A stretch of 64,000 bases of DNA, taken from contig JASGJH010000001.1 of assembly GCA_047601445.1 (NCBI GenBank), forward strand, positions 6,048,001-6,112,000, given 5' to 3'. Origin of the DNA: Myxococcales bacterium (GTDB lineage: Bacteria > Myxococcota_A > Polyangia > Polyangiales > DASUME01). The notes beneath the pieces are model-generated. The model saw only the letters and a list, made by a program, of their open reading frames with translations. It ran no database searches and was not told the DNA's origin. Below, one piece after another: positions 1-8,997 of the stretch; the stretch's first letter is position 1; each line of letters begins with the position of its first letter. The position numbers were made by a program, and so were the translations under genes.

Positions 1-280
1 GGGCCTGGTCTTCGCCGGCGTCGAGGGCCAGCGTGCTCGCCACCAGGGCACCCGGGAGGTCGCCGCGGCGAATGAAGGCGTCCACCAGGCGTGCCGCGAT
101 TTCGGCCCCGAGCAGGGTACGATCTTGGTCGATCAGCACGCGCGCCACCAACGCCACCGGACCGGGTGCTTCGCGGCTCGCGCGAGCGCAGGCGAGGGCC
201 AGACGCAGGGCGGCTTCTTCGTCCCCGTCGAGGCGATGGGCGTGGGCTTGATCCAGAGGCGAGAGCACGTGATCGGTCAT
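1..280 (-). CDS. Hypothetical protein, 5' part only (runs off window); helical, TPR-like N-terminus
   Basis: Manual translation from ATG at 280: MTDHVLSPLDQAHAHRLDGDEEAALRLALACARAS..., open to position 1 with GC-rich third positions. Not in the ORF track because there is no stop in the window. Confidence 0.6.
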   Translation of the reverse strand, partial: MTDHVLSPLDQAHAHRLDGDEEAALRLALACARASREAPGPVALVARVLIDQDRTLLGAEIAARLVDAFIRRGDLPGALVASTLALDAGEDQA

Positions 281-414
281 GGTTCCTGGGTCTCGAGGTG
301 CCCGCGTCTGCGGGCGAGCGACGCTACGATAACAGCTTTTTTCCAGCCTCCAGAAAGTCCGCGGGTGCATCGCCCCTAGCGGCTCCGGAGCTTTTCGCGA
401 GGGCCCGAGCCGAG

Positions 415-531
415 CGACTTATCCACAGCTCTGTGGGTAAGTCGTGCGTAGAGAATAAACAAGTAATTACGGTAACTAAGAAGCGTTATCGACAATCCGA
501 GGGATGTTTCTTCACAGCCACCTGTGGATGT
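415..531. promoter_or_regulatory. Cluster of DnaA-box-like 9-mers around an AT-rich stretch (candidate oriC or other DnaA-binding locus)
   Basis: Perfect TTATCCACA at 419-427; TTACCCACA on minus strand 432-440; TTATCGACA 486-494; TTCTTCACA 508-516; ACATCCACA on minus strand 523-531; AT-rich 451-482. Confidence 0.6.
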
Positions 532-556
532 CTTGCGAGACCCGCGAGCGCGCCCG

Positions 557-632
557 GAGCGAAGCGAACCTCGCGGCGGGGTGGGCCCGGCGCGGCTTTG
601 CCGCGACGGCGGGGAGGGTGCGTGCCCTCCCC
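557..632. repeat. REP-like palindromic intergenic repeat (~76 bp), same family as 31805-31987
   Basis: Closely matches the reverse complement of the two copies downstream of ggt; internal hairpins cgcggc-ttt-gccgcg and gagggtgcgtgccctc. Confidence 0.8.
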
Positions 633-636
633 GTGT

Positions 637-1845
637 TCAAGACGCGAAGAAGAAGTGCTCGAGCTCGTCACGCTTTTGGGCTGCATCGCGGCGCCCTAGC
701 TCCACCAGCTCACGCACGTAGTTGGCGTCGAACAGCAGGAAGCTCGCCAAATCGGCCTCCGCGGCCTCGCCCACGTCGATGGCGCGGATCAGGGCATGGA
801 CCAGGGCCGTATCGGTGCGCACCCGGCGCGAGCGCTGGGTGAGGTAGCCATGGGCGATGTACCCGAGGTCCACGCTCGGTCGCACTGCGCACACCGTCAC
901 GGGATTGCGCGCGGGCTTCTGGCGGGCGCGGGCCTCGCGGTTGATCTTCTCGATGAAGTCCGGGCCGAACACCGCCTCGCCCATGGACATGTACTCGTTG
1001 ATGCGGCCGATCTCGTGGATGTCGGCCTCGAGGTGGTCGAGGAAGAACGCGTCGAGCACCTTACCGAACAGGAACGGGGCACCCGGAGCGCGGTCGGGGG
1101 CGATGGACAGCGTGCCGCTATCGAACTTGTTGTGGGAAAGGCCCACCACGAACAGCTTGCGCGCGCCCAGGTGGATCGCGGGGGCCGTGGGGGTGTTCAC
1201 ACGCAGGCCACCGTCGCAGTAGAGCTCGCCGTCGATGTCCACCATTGGGAACACGATCGGAATGGCCGCCGAGGCGAGCACGTGCTTGGCGCGCACCGGG
1301 CCCTGACGCATCACGCACTGCCTGCCCACATTGGGCGGCCGTGTGGCCCGGGCGCTCATGTCCACGAAGACGTGGGGGCGGCCGCTCGCCACATGCGTAG
1401 TGCACAGGGTCAGGGCGCGCAGCACGCCGCGGCGCAGGTTGCGCCCGAGGTTGAGCCAGGAGACGTTGCGCTCGATCAAGCGCGCCAACGGCTCCGCGTC
1501 GAACAGGCCCTGCGGCTTGGCTCCTCCGAGCCAGACCCGGTGCAAAAAGGCCAGCTCGCGCACGCCGAAGCCCAGCACCTGCGAGAAATCGATCTCATCC
1601 CAGAGCTCGAGCAGCTTCTCCATGCCGCTGACGGGTTGGTGCGCCACCGAGGCCAGAAAGGTGCCGTTCACGGCGCCCACGCTGCAGCCCGAGATGATGT
1701 CCATGCGGGGCACTTTGCCCGTGACCCGGACCAGCTCGCCGAACACGTAGCTCAGCACGCCGACCTCGTAGGCTCCGCGTGCTCCGCCGCCCGAAAGGAT
1801 GACTGCCAAGGGTTGAGACTGGGGCGCTTCGACGGCTTGAGACAC
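637..1845 (-). CDS. Patatin-like phospholipase
   Basis: LSGGGARG glycine-rich loop, GCSVG nucleophile motif, ASAAIP..FP, DGG motif. Confidence 0.9.
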   Translation of the reverse strand: MSQAVEAPQSQPLAVILSGGGARGAYEVGVLSYVFGELVRVTGKVPRMDIISGCSVGAVNGTFLASVAHQPVSGMEKLLELWDEIDFSQVLGFGVRELAFLHRVWLGGAKPQGLFDAEPLARLIERNVSWLNLGRNLRRGVLRALTLCTTHVASGRPHVFVDMSARATRPPNVGRQCVMRQGPVRAKHVLASAAIPIVFPMVDIDGELYCDGGLRVNTPTAPAIHLGARKLFVVGLSHNKFDSGTLSIAPDRAPGAPFLFGKVLDAFFLDHLEADIHEIGRINEYMSMGEAVFGPDFIEKINREARARQKPARNPVTVCAVRPSVDLGYIAHGYLTQRSRRVRTDTALVHALIRAIDVGEAAEADLASFLLFDANYVRELVELGRRDAAQKRDELEHFFFAS

Positions 1846-1995
1846 GGGAATGTGAGCCTAGCCGACGATGGCGCACCGGTGCCACCAGGTTGTGCGCTCG
1901 TGTTTGCGTCACGGGGACGGCATGCGCCCGCGGCTTGATTCGAGTGTCGCGCGAGTGCGCGCAAGATCCGACCGATTCGCGTTATGATCGGCGCG

Positions 1996-3093
1996 ATGAT
2001 TCCGTTGACGATCCCCGCGCTCGGGGCCGAGGAGATAGCCGCCTGCGAGCGCGTTCTGCGTTCGGGCATGTTGGTGCAAGGCAAGGAAGTGCTCGCCTTC
2101 GAGGCCGAACTCGCGCGGGTCGGCCGGCGCGCGTATGCGGTGGCCGTGGTCAACGGCACGGCGGCACTCGAGCTCGCGCTCGAGGCGCTCGCGATTGGCC
2201 CCGGTGACGAAGTGCTGTGCCCAGCGCTCACTTGGCCGAGCCCCGCGCACGCCGTGCGCCGCGTGGGCGCCACGCCGGTGCTCGTCGACGTGGATCCGCG
2301 CGAGTGGAACGCCACCGAGCAACACTTCGCCGAGGCGCGCTCACCCCGCACACGGGCCGCCATCGTGATCGAGCAGTTCGGCAATCCGGCGCGCCACGAT
2401 CGCATCGCGCAGGCGCTGCCCGGGCTACCCCTCATCGTGGACGCGGCTTGCTCGCTCGGTTCGAGCTATCGCGACGCGCCTTGCGGGAGCCACGGCATCA
2501 TCGCCTGCACTTCATTTCACCCGCGCAAGGTGCTCACCACGGGCGAAGGCGGAGCCTGCCTCACCGACGACGGCGCGCTCGCCCAACGTCTGCGCGTGCT
2601 GCGCAACCACGGGCAGCTCGAGCCGGGGAACTTCGTGACCGCAGCGGGCAACGAGCGCATGACCGAGCTGGCTGCCGCCATCGGCCAGGTGCAGCTGGCC
2701 AAGCTCAATCGTTTGTGTGACGAGCGGCGCAGGTTGGTGGCCGAGCTGCGCGCGCAGTTGCCTACGCTGGTGCTGCAGGAAGCACCTGAGGGCGGTCGCG
2801 AGAATCGCCAGACCCTCGGCGTGCTGGTGGGCGAGCCCTTCGCGGGCTCGGCTGCGCGCGATCGCGCGCTCCCGGAGTTCGCCGCGCGTGGGGTGCAAGC
2901 GGGCAAGCTGAGCTACGCGCTACACACCTTGCCGCAGTTCACGGCAGAGGCCGAGCGGGCCAAGCAAGACGGGCGCACGCTCGAGGTGGCTCAGGACATC
3001 GCGGCGCGCGGTCTGTGCCTACCGCTCTTTCCGGGCATGCGTGCGGAGCAGCTCGAACTCGTGATCCAGGCGATCAAGGACGTGATCGGATGA
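1996..3093 (+). CDS. DegT/DnrJ/EryC1/StrS family PLP-dependent sugar aminotransferase
   Basis: NGTAAL, GPGDEV, DAACSLG, SFHPRKVLTTGEGG (PLP Lys), LPLFP; alternative start at 1984. Confidence 0.9.
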   Translation: MIPLTIPALGAEEIAACERVLRSGMLVQGKEVLAFEAELARVGRRAYAVAVVNGTAALELALEALAIGPGDEVLCPALTWPSPAHAVRRVGATPVLVDVDPREWNATEQHFAEARSPRTRAAIVIEQFGNPARHDRIAQALPGLPLIVDAACSLGSSYRDAPCGSHGIIACTSFHPRKVLTTGEGGACLTDDGALAQRLRVLRNHGQLEPGNFVTAAGNERMTELAAAIGQVQLAKLNRLCDERRRLVAELRAQLPTLVLQEAPEGGRENRQTLGVLVGEPFAGSAARDRALPEFAARGVQAGKLSYALHTLPQFTAEAERAKQDGRTLEVAQDIAARGLCLPLFPGMRAEQLELVIQAIKDVIG

Positions 3094-4037
3094 GCCCCGT
3101 ACTAGCCGTCGAGGACATACACAAGACCTTCAAGATCGGCTTCTTTCGCAAGCGCGTGGAGGCCGTGCGCGGCGTGAGCTTTCAGGTGGCACAGGGCGAG
3201 ACCTTCGGCTTGCTCGGGCCCAACGGCGCCGGCAAGACCACCACCATCAAGTCCATCTTGCGCCTCATTCAGCCAGACCGCGGCTCCATCGGCGTGTTCG
3301 GCAAGGCGCTCTCGCTCGAGAGCATGCGCCGCATCGGCTACATGCCCGAGAATCCCTACGTGTACCAGTACCTGCGCGCGCCCGAGTTCTTGGACCTGTG
3401 CGGGCGCCTGATGGGCATGCCGCGCGCTCAGCGCGAGAAGCGCAGCGCGGAGATGATCGAACTCGTGGGGCTCGCGCACGCGGTCGATCGTCCGATTGGT
3501 CGCTTTTCCAAGGGCATGACCCAGCGCATGGGGCTCGCGCAGGCGCTCTTGCACGATCCCGAGCTCCTGATCCTCGACGAGCCCATGAGCGGCCTCGATC
3601 CCATCGGCCGCAAGCAAGTGCGCGACATCATTCTGGCGCAGCGTCTGGCGGGCAAGACGCTGATCTTCACCAGCCACGTGCTGAGTGACGTGGAGATGCT
3701 GTGCGATCGCATCGCCATCATCAACAAGGGCCGCGTGGTGGCGCGCGGCACGCTCGACGAGCTCCTGAAGCGCGAGGTGCGCCGCGTGCGCATCCAGCTC
3801 GCGGGGACGCCGCAGGTGTTCAAGGAGACCCTGGTGGCGCGCGGTTTCGGGCTGCGCGAGGTGGAGGTTCGCGGCCACGAGGCGAGCGATCTCGAGGTCA
3901 CGATCGAGGGCGATCAGGGCGTGAGTCCGCTGCTCAAGGAAGCGCTCGAGGCCGGTGCCCAGGTGGTGGAAGTGGAGCAGGAGCGCGAGACGCTCGAGGA
4001 GCTCTTCGTGCGCAACGCGGTGGCCAGCGGGGACTAA
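3090..4037 (+). CDS. ABC transporter ATP-binding protein (ABC-2/PilH-like)
   Basis: Walker A GPNGAGKT, signature FSKGM, Walker B LLILDEP, H-loop SH; ATG overlaps the upstream stop (ATGA). Confidence 0.9.
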   Translation: MSPVLAVEDIHKTFKIGFFRKRVEAVRGVSFQVAQGETFGLLGPNGAGKTTTIKSILRLIQPDRGSIGVFGKALSLESMRRIGYMPENPYVYQYLRAPEFLDLCGRLMGMPRAQREKRSAEMIELVGLAHAVDRPIGRFSKGMTQRMGLAQALLHDPELLILDEPMSGLDPIGRKQVRDIILAQRLAGKTLIFTSHVLSDVEMLCDRIAIINKGRVVARGTLDELLKREVRRVRIQLAGTPQVFKETLVARGFGLREVEVRGHEASDLEVTIEGDQGVSPLLKEALEAGAQVVEVEQERETLEELFVRNAVASGD

Positions 4038-4054
4038 GCTAGCGCACCGTGGCG

Positions 4055-5089
4055 CTAAAAGTTGAATACGCCGGGTCGCGGTAGCTCACCTCGCACGAAC
4101 ATCTCGAGGCGCGAGTCGCGGAACAACAGCGGGATCACGGCGGACAGGGTACTGGTCAGGGTGGGCGCGCCGGCGATCAAGACCCAGGGCTGGTCGGTCA
4201 TGGCGGCTCCAGCGCTGACGGTGACGAGCGTCAACAAGCCCGCGATCAGCGCGACGCCGGCCTTGGCGCGCGTGCGGTGGTCGCTTTCGATCAAGAGCTC
4301 GGTGGCTGCTCGCGGGCGCGCTGCCACTGGGCGCCCGAAGTACGTGTCGTAGACCTGCTGACCGACGCCGCGATCGAGGAACGCGAGGGGGATGGTCCAC
4401 AAGAACTGGCTCGCCAGGGCGGCGCCGAAGAACACGCTGGCCACACGCTCGTCGTGGGTGCCGTGGTTGCCATCGCGGTCTGACCAATCGAAGCAGAAGC
4501 TGGTGGAGAGCGTGGCGGCGCCCAGTGCGAAGCCGGTATACGCCCACGGCGTCGCGCGCTCGGGCGGCAACAGCAGGCCCAGGGCGACGGCCGCGCTGAA
4601 GGGCACGATGGAGGAGCCCATCATCCAGCGTGGTGTCTTGGCCTCGACCTCATCGAGAGAAAGCAGCAAGCCGGCCGTGGCGATCATCGCGCCCGACATG
4701 ATCACGGACATCCAGCGACCGCCGGTGCGGCGCTCGTGTTCCTTGCGAGCCATCTCCTGGATCCAGGCATCCGCGCGCTCCGCATCCGCGACCAACGTGG
4801 CATCGAGCTGAGGCTCGGGAAGGGGCCCAGGTGCTGGCAACACCGCGGGTGGGGTCACGACGAGGGGCAGCGGCTCGGTGCTGGGAGGCGGCGTCGGCGT
4901 GCGATCGGAGCTCGGAGGTGTGAGCAGCGGGTCGCCGGGCACGGGGGGAGTGTCGGTGACCGGGGCAGGGCCCAAGTCCGCTGCAGGGGCGAGGACTTGG
5001 TCAGGTGCGACTTCAGCCGGCACGACGTCTTGGGCCGACACCGGCTGCACGCACCAGAGCAAGACGAGGAAGAACGTAAGGAAGTGCAT
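4055..5089 (-). CDS. Hypothetical membrane protein (signal peptide, Pro-rich linker, several TM helices)
   Basis: N-terminal hydrophobic signal ending VSA-Q, Pro-rich region, multiple hydrophobic segments. Confidence 0.65.
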   Translation of the reverse strand: MHFLTFFLVLLWCVQPVSAQDVVPAEVAPDQVLAPAADLGPAPVTDTPPVPGDPLLTPPSSDRTPTPPPSTEPLPLVVTPPAVLPAPGPLPEPQLDATLVADAERADAWIQEMARKEHERRTGGRWMSVIMSGAMIATAGLLLSLDEVEAKTPRWMMGSSIVPFSAAVALGLLLPPERATPWAYTGFALGAATLSTSFCFDWSDRDGNHGTHDERVASVFFGAALASQFLWTIPLAFLDRGVGQQVYDTYFGRPVAARPRAATELLIESDHRTRAKAGVALIAGLLTLVTVSAGAAMTDQPWVLIAGAPTLTSTLSAVIPLLFRDSRLEMFVRGELPRPGVFNF

Positions 5090-5192
5090 TGGAGGCGGCA
5101 CGATAGAAGTTGAGGGAGGGAGCTGTCCACCGGGGGATTTCGAGGGCTGTGGGCGGGGGGCAATTCACCTTTAAATTGATTGGTTTCGTCGC

Positions 5193-5408
5193 CGTCGCCG
5201 TCGCCGTCAACCGCTGCGCTGACCACGTCAACGTCAACCGCTGGCGCTGACCACGTCAACGGGAGCCAATCCCAGTCGGCTTACCAGGTTCCGAATACGG
5301 GATCGGATCGGAAGCCGAGAGCAGCGCGAGCCTGCCCACGTTGACGTTGTCAGCGCCAGCGGTTGACGTCGACGTGGTCAGCGCAGGCGGTTGCGGGCGA
5401 CGGCGACG
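5193..5408. repeat. ~70-bp inverted repeat (arms 5193-5261 and 5339-5408) with a 77-bp spacer
   Basis: Arms are reverse complements with about 5 differences; each arm contains a ~27-nt direct repeat gtcaaccgct(g)gcgctgaccacgtcaac. Confidence 0.85.
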
Positions 5409-5436
5409 CTCTCTCTCTGGTCCGCCCGCCCCCAAC

Positions 5437-5850
5437 TTAATCCCCATCCCCCAACACCCGAAAGATCTGCATCCCTCCCAACATCGCCACCACGAATACG
5501 ATGGAGGGCACGGCCAGGCTTCCCGCCGAGACCACCGCCGGACCCGGGCAAAGGCCAGACAGCCCCCAGCCTACGCCGAACAGTCCCGCGCCCAACAGCA
5601 GCCGGCCGTCGATATTGCGCCGCGTGGGCAGCTGAAAGGTGGCCGCGAATTTGGGGCGGTCGTTGCGGTTGGTGAGCTTGTAGAGCGGTGCGAACACGCC
5701 GACGGCGCCCAGGATCACGAACGCCAAGCTGGGATCCCAGTGCCCCGCGAAGTCCAGGAAATCCAGGATGCGGGCGGGCTCGGTCATGCCCGAGAGCACC
5801 AGACCGACGGCGAATACGAGGCCCGAAAAGAAGGCGATGAAGAGCGTCAT
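5437..5850 (-). CDS. YeeE/YedE family sulfur-compound transporter subunit (DUF6691-like)
   Basis: GL.FA.GL.LSGM..P...L.FLD, WDPSL, FG.GWGL.GLCPGPA; ATG overlaps the upstream stop. Confidence 0.85.
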   Translation of the reverse strand: MTLFIAFFSGLVFAVGLVLSGMTEPARILDFLDFAGHWDPSLAFVILGAVGVFAPLYKLTNRNDRPKFAATFQLPTRRNIDGRLLLGAGLFGVGWGLSGLCPGPAVVSAGSLAVPSIVFVVAMLGGMQIFRVLGDGD

Positions 5851-6260
5851 AGGACATGCCTCGTGACGAAGACCGTGAATGCCGCCGTGCCCATGAACAC
5901 CAGGGTGGCCACCATGGAGCGCGGTGAGCCGCGTCCGATCCCGCACACGCCGTGCCCGCTCGTGCAGCCCTCTCCGAGACGCGTGCCGATACCGACCAGG
6001 AGCCCCGCGCCGAGCAGCACCGGCAAGCTCGGCAGCGCGCCCAGGTCGAAGCGCTGCGGTACCGCGAAGTGCAAGAGTCCCCCGAGCAAAAGGCCCGCCA
6101 CGAACAGCACGCGGGCCCTGCGCTCGTCTGCGTTGCGGTCGAGGATGCCCGCGAGAATGCCGCTCACGCCCGCGATGCGCCCGTTAGCCCACCACATCAA
6201 GGCAGCAGCCAGCCCAATCAGCGTTCCACCCAACAGCGCAGACCACCACTCCGGCTTCAT
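5847..6260 (-). CDS. YeeE/YedE family sulfur-compound transporter subunit
   Basis: GG.LIG, NGRIAGVSGI, GLLVG.GTRLG.GCTSGHGVCG..R.S.RS. Confidence 0.9.
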   Translation of the reverse strand: MKPEWWSALLGGTLIGLAAALMWWANGRIAGVSGILAGILDRNADERRARVLFVAGLLLGGLLHFAVPQRFDLGALPSLPVLLGAGLLVGIGTRLGEGCTSGHGVCGIGRGSPRSMVATLVFMGTAAFTVFVTRHVL

Positions 6261-6352
6261 GGCGGTCAGCCTAGTGCCGGTCGGTGGAGTGTGCGAATGC
6301 AGCCGCGTGAGTCGTGCTCCCGCTGCGCGCGCCTCGCCTGCTTCGTGCGCGC

Positions 6353-8833
6353 TTACTTGCCCAGGCGCTTGGGGGCGTCGCGATCTGCCGGGTCGACCTC
6401 GAGGGCCTTCTCCCAGGCGGCGCGCGCTTCTTCGTTCTTGCCCTGGGCCTTCAGTGCGTCGCCTAGCTGTACCCGGTATCGCGAGCGCTTGGGACGCAGC
6501 TTGATGGCGGTCTCGAACGAAGCCTGCGCCAGCGCCGGCTCGCCGAGCTCGAGCAACGCCTGGCCGAGGCCGGCCTGGGCGTGGGGATTCTTGGAGTCGC
6601 GGGCCAAGGCAGCTTCGAACAGGGGCTTGGCCATGCTCGGGTTCTTCTCCGCCAGGAGGCGGGTGCCGTCCTTGATGAGCGCTTCGAGCGCTTCCGGATT
6701 GGCGGCGCCTTCGTCGGCTGGAGCCGCAGCTGCCGGCGCCGCGCTCGGTGCAGGCGCGCTGGGAGCCACGGTTGGTGCTGCGGGTTCGGCTGCGGCTGCT
6801 GCGGTCGGTGCAGATGCAGCGGGTGCGGCTGCCGGCGCGGGCGCCTGGGCTTCCGCACTGGGAGCTGCCGGGGCCGTCGGCGCGGGTGGCTGCGCTGTAG
6901 GTGCAGCGGCGGCGGGCGCGCTGGGGAGTGCCTCGGCCTTGGCAGGGGTCGCCGGCGCTGCCGGCGCAGATGCGACGGGAGGCGCGGCTTGCTTGGTGCG
7001 CGACCAGACCACGTAGCCGATCTCACCCGCAGCAAGCAGGAGCAACACAGCGAGCGCGATGGTGCGACCGTTGCGCTTGACGCTCTCGGGTCGCTCCATC
7101 GTGATGGTCTCTTCCTGAGACTCATCGCGCGAGAAGTTCATGGGGCCGGTGCCCGTCGAGACGCGCGTCGTAGGCTCTGCCGAGCGCGCCAGGGAGCTCG
7201 CATCGAAGGGCACGGTCGCAGCAGGGGCACGCACGTCGTTGCCGAAGCCCGCGAAGTCGTCGCCGAGGGTGGAGCCGGAGTCGGACAGCAAATCGGCTTG
7301 CCGCATCTTGGCGACCTCTGCTCGGATCTCGTCGATCTTGCCGCTCTGCGTGACCGCCGTGTCTTCCTCGCCCTCGAGCTCCATCGGATCCCCGGGCTGC
7401 GACACGCGCGGCGGGGCGGGATCGGTGGGAGTGTCACCGAGGCTGACGCGCTCGATGCGTTCGACGCGGCTACCACCGAGCTCGTTGAAGTGGAGGTCTG
7501 CCTCGCTGGGGGCCGGGGCCGGCAGCGTGGGCATCAGCTCGCGTTGGTTGTTGGCGGGTTCGAAGTCCAGATTGTGCAGCAGATCCGAGTCCGCCTCAGG
7601 CACCGCGCTCTGGGCAGGGGGCACCGGCTTCGCTTCCACGCCGGAGGTCATGCTGCGCCCTGGGGCCGCCACATGCGTGGGCGTGGGCTGGAGTTCCATG
7701 GGCGCCGGAGCCGGCGGCTCGGGTGCCTCGGGCTTGGCCGGCGAGCGCACGCCGAACGCGCCCAGGGCAGGCAAACTGCCGGGCGCAATGCCCATCATGG
7801 TGCGTCCGGGCTTGCCGAGCTCTGCGCCGCCCGCGGGACGCGCTCCGCTCTGGGGCACGCTCGCGACCGGGGCCATTGGCTTGGCGGCGGCAACATTGGC
7901 CGTGGGAGCGGGCGGCGGGGCCGCGACCTTGGGTGCAGGCGGAGCTGGCACCGGCGGCGCGGGGCGCGCGATGGCGGGTGCCAGTCCCATGATGGTGCGC
8001 CCGGGTTGCACGCGCATGTCCTTGGCCGCACTCACGGACGAGCCGAGGCTCGCGGGGCTGGCAGGCTTGAACGGCTCGGCTGCCGGCTTGGCTTCCGCCT
8101 TCTTGTTCGCCGCGTCTTCATTGGCGATCTCGGCCGCCGCCGCGTGGCGCTCCTGGGCCGCGGTCGCCAGCGCCTGATCGAGCGGCTCCATGATGTTCAT
8201 GGCCGACGGATGCTGCAGGCGCGCCACCGTCACGCTCGCGTCACTCAAGCCGAGCACGCGCGCCAGGGCCTTCCAGGCCTCGAAGCGCGTCCCCGCGCGT
8301 TCCATGAAGCAGCTCACCAAGAGCTCGTTGGAGAGCGTGAGCGAAGCCTTGCCCTCGCTGCCGACCGCGAACTCCACCTGCAGCGTGGTCCCCGCCATGC
8401 CCAGTGCGCGCAAGATGCGCGTGGGTCCGAGCGGCAAGAGATCCGTGGTGAACGACGGCTCTTTGCGCGCGCGATCCGTGAGCGCGCGGTCTGCCGCCGT
8501 CACCGGGGCGAGCGCGTTCTCGAGCAGCGCGAACTGCAGCTCTCCGCCGTCGGGCAGCACCTTGGCGAAGTCCAGGTTTACCACCGACGCCCAGCGTGCT
8601 CGCACATCGGCGCGCATCTCGCCCACGCGTGTTTGCGTGTTCTGGGCGCTGCGCGTGTCGATGACCAACACGTCGGCTCCTCGTAGCGCGATGGGATCAC
8701 GCGACGAGCTCTTGAGATCCCCCACATTGGCCCTGCGTTCACGCAGCGCCTTGCCGAGGGCTTGAGTACGCTGCTCGTCTTCGCTGACGAGCAGGACATG
8801 GAGACCTTCGAGGATGTTGGTGTTTGCCGGCAC
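6353..8833 (-). CDS. Bitopic membrane protein: degenerate receiver-like N-terminus, long Pro/Ala linker, TM helix, C-terminal TPR repeats
   Basis: HVLLVSED and ADVLVID receiver-like strands; TM TIALAVLLLLAAGEIGYVVW; TPR-type helices (A...FE.AL..DP..) at the C-terminus. Confidence 0.7.
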   Translation of the reverse strand: MPANTNILEGLHVLLVSEDEQRTQALGKALRERRANVGDLKSSSRDPIALRGADVLVIDTRSAQNTQTRVGEMRADVRARWASVVNLDFAKVLPDGGELQFALLENALAPVTAADRALTDRARKEPSFTTDLLPLGPTRILRALGMAGTTLQVEFAVGSEGKASLTLSNELLVSCFMERAGTRFEAWKALARVLGLSDASVTVARLQHPSAMNIMEPLDQALATAAQERHAAAAEIANEDAANKKAEAKPAAEPFKPASPASLGSSVSAAKDMRVQPGRTIMGLAPAIARPAPPVPAPPAPKVAAPPPAPTANVAAAKPMAPVASVPQSGARPAGGAELGKPGRTMMGIAPGSLPALGAFGVRSPAKPEAPEPPAPAPMELQPTPTHVAAPGRSMTSGVEAKPVPPAQSAVPEADSDLLHNLDFEPANNQRELMPTLPAPAPSEADLHFNELGGSRVERIERVSLGDTPTDPAPPRVSQPGDPMELEGEEDTAVTQSGKIDEIRAEVAKMRQADLLSDSGSTLGDDFAGFGNDVRAPAATVPFDASSLARSAEPTTRVSTGTGPMNFSRDESQEETITMERPESVKRNGRTIALAVLLLLAAGEIGYVVWSRTKQAAPPVASAPAAPATPAKAEALPSAPAAAAPTAQPPAPTAPAAPSAEAQAPAPAAAPAASAPTAAAAAEPAAPTVAPSAPAPSAAPAAAAPADEGAANPEALEALIKDGTRLLAEKNPSMAKPLFEAALARDSKNPHAQAGLGQALLELGEPALAQASFETAIKLRPKRSRYRVQLGDALKAQGKNEEARAAWEKALEVDPADRDAPKRLGK

Positions 8834-8997
8834 GCTTTAAGTGGGTTGAGTCTATCACCACCCGTTCTCGATCCGTGCTTTTAGAATCCTTGTTTTCATC
8901 GGTCGCACGGTGTAGGAGCCTTTCGCCCATAAGGCGTCCTGAACGGGAGTGACCTTTGATTGAACCTGGTAAACCCAGCGCGCGCGTCGACCCCAGC

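Noticed and set aside
91..699. 202-aa plus-strand ORF across the DnaA-box region
   Set aside because: No motifs; it overlaps the minus-strand gene, the AT-rich box cluster and a repeat element.
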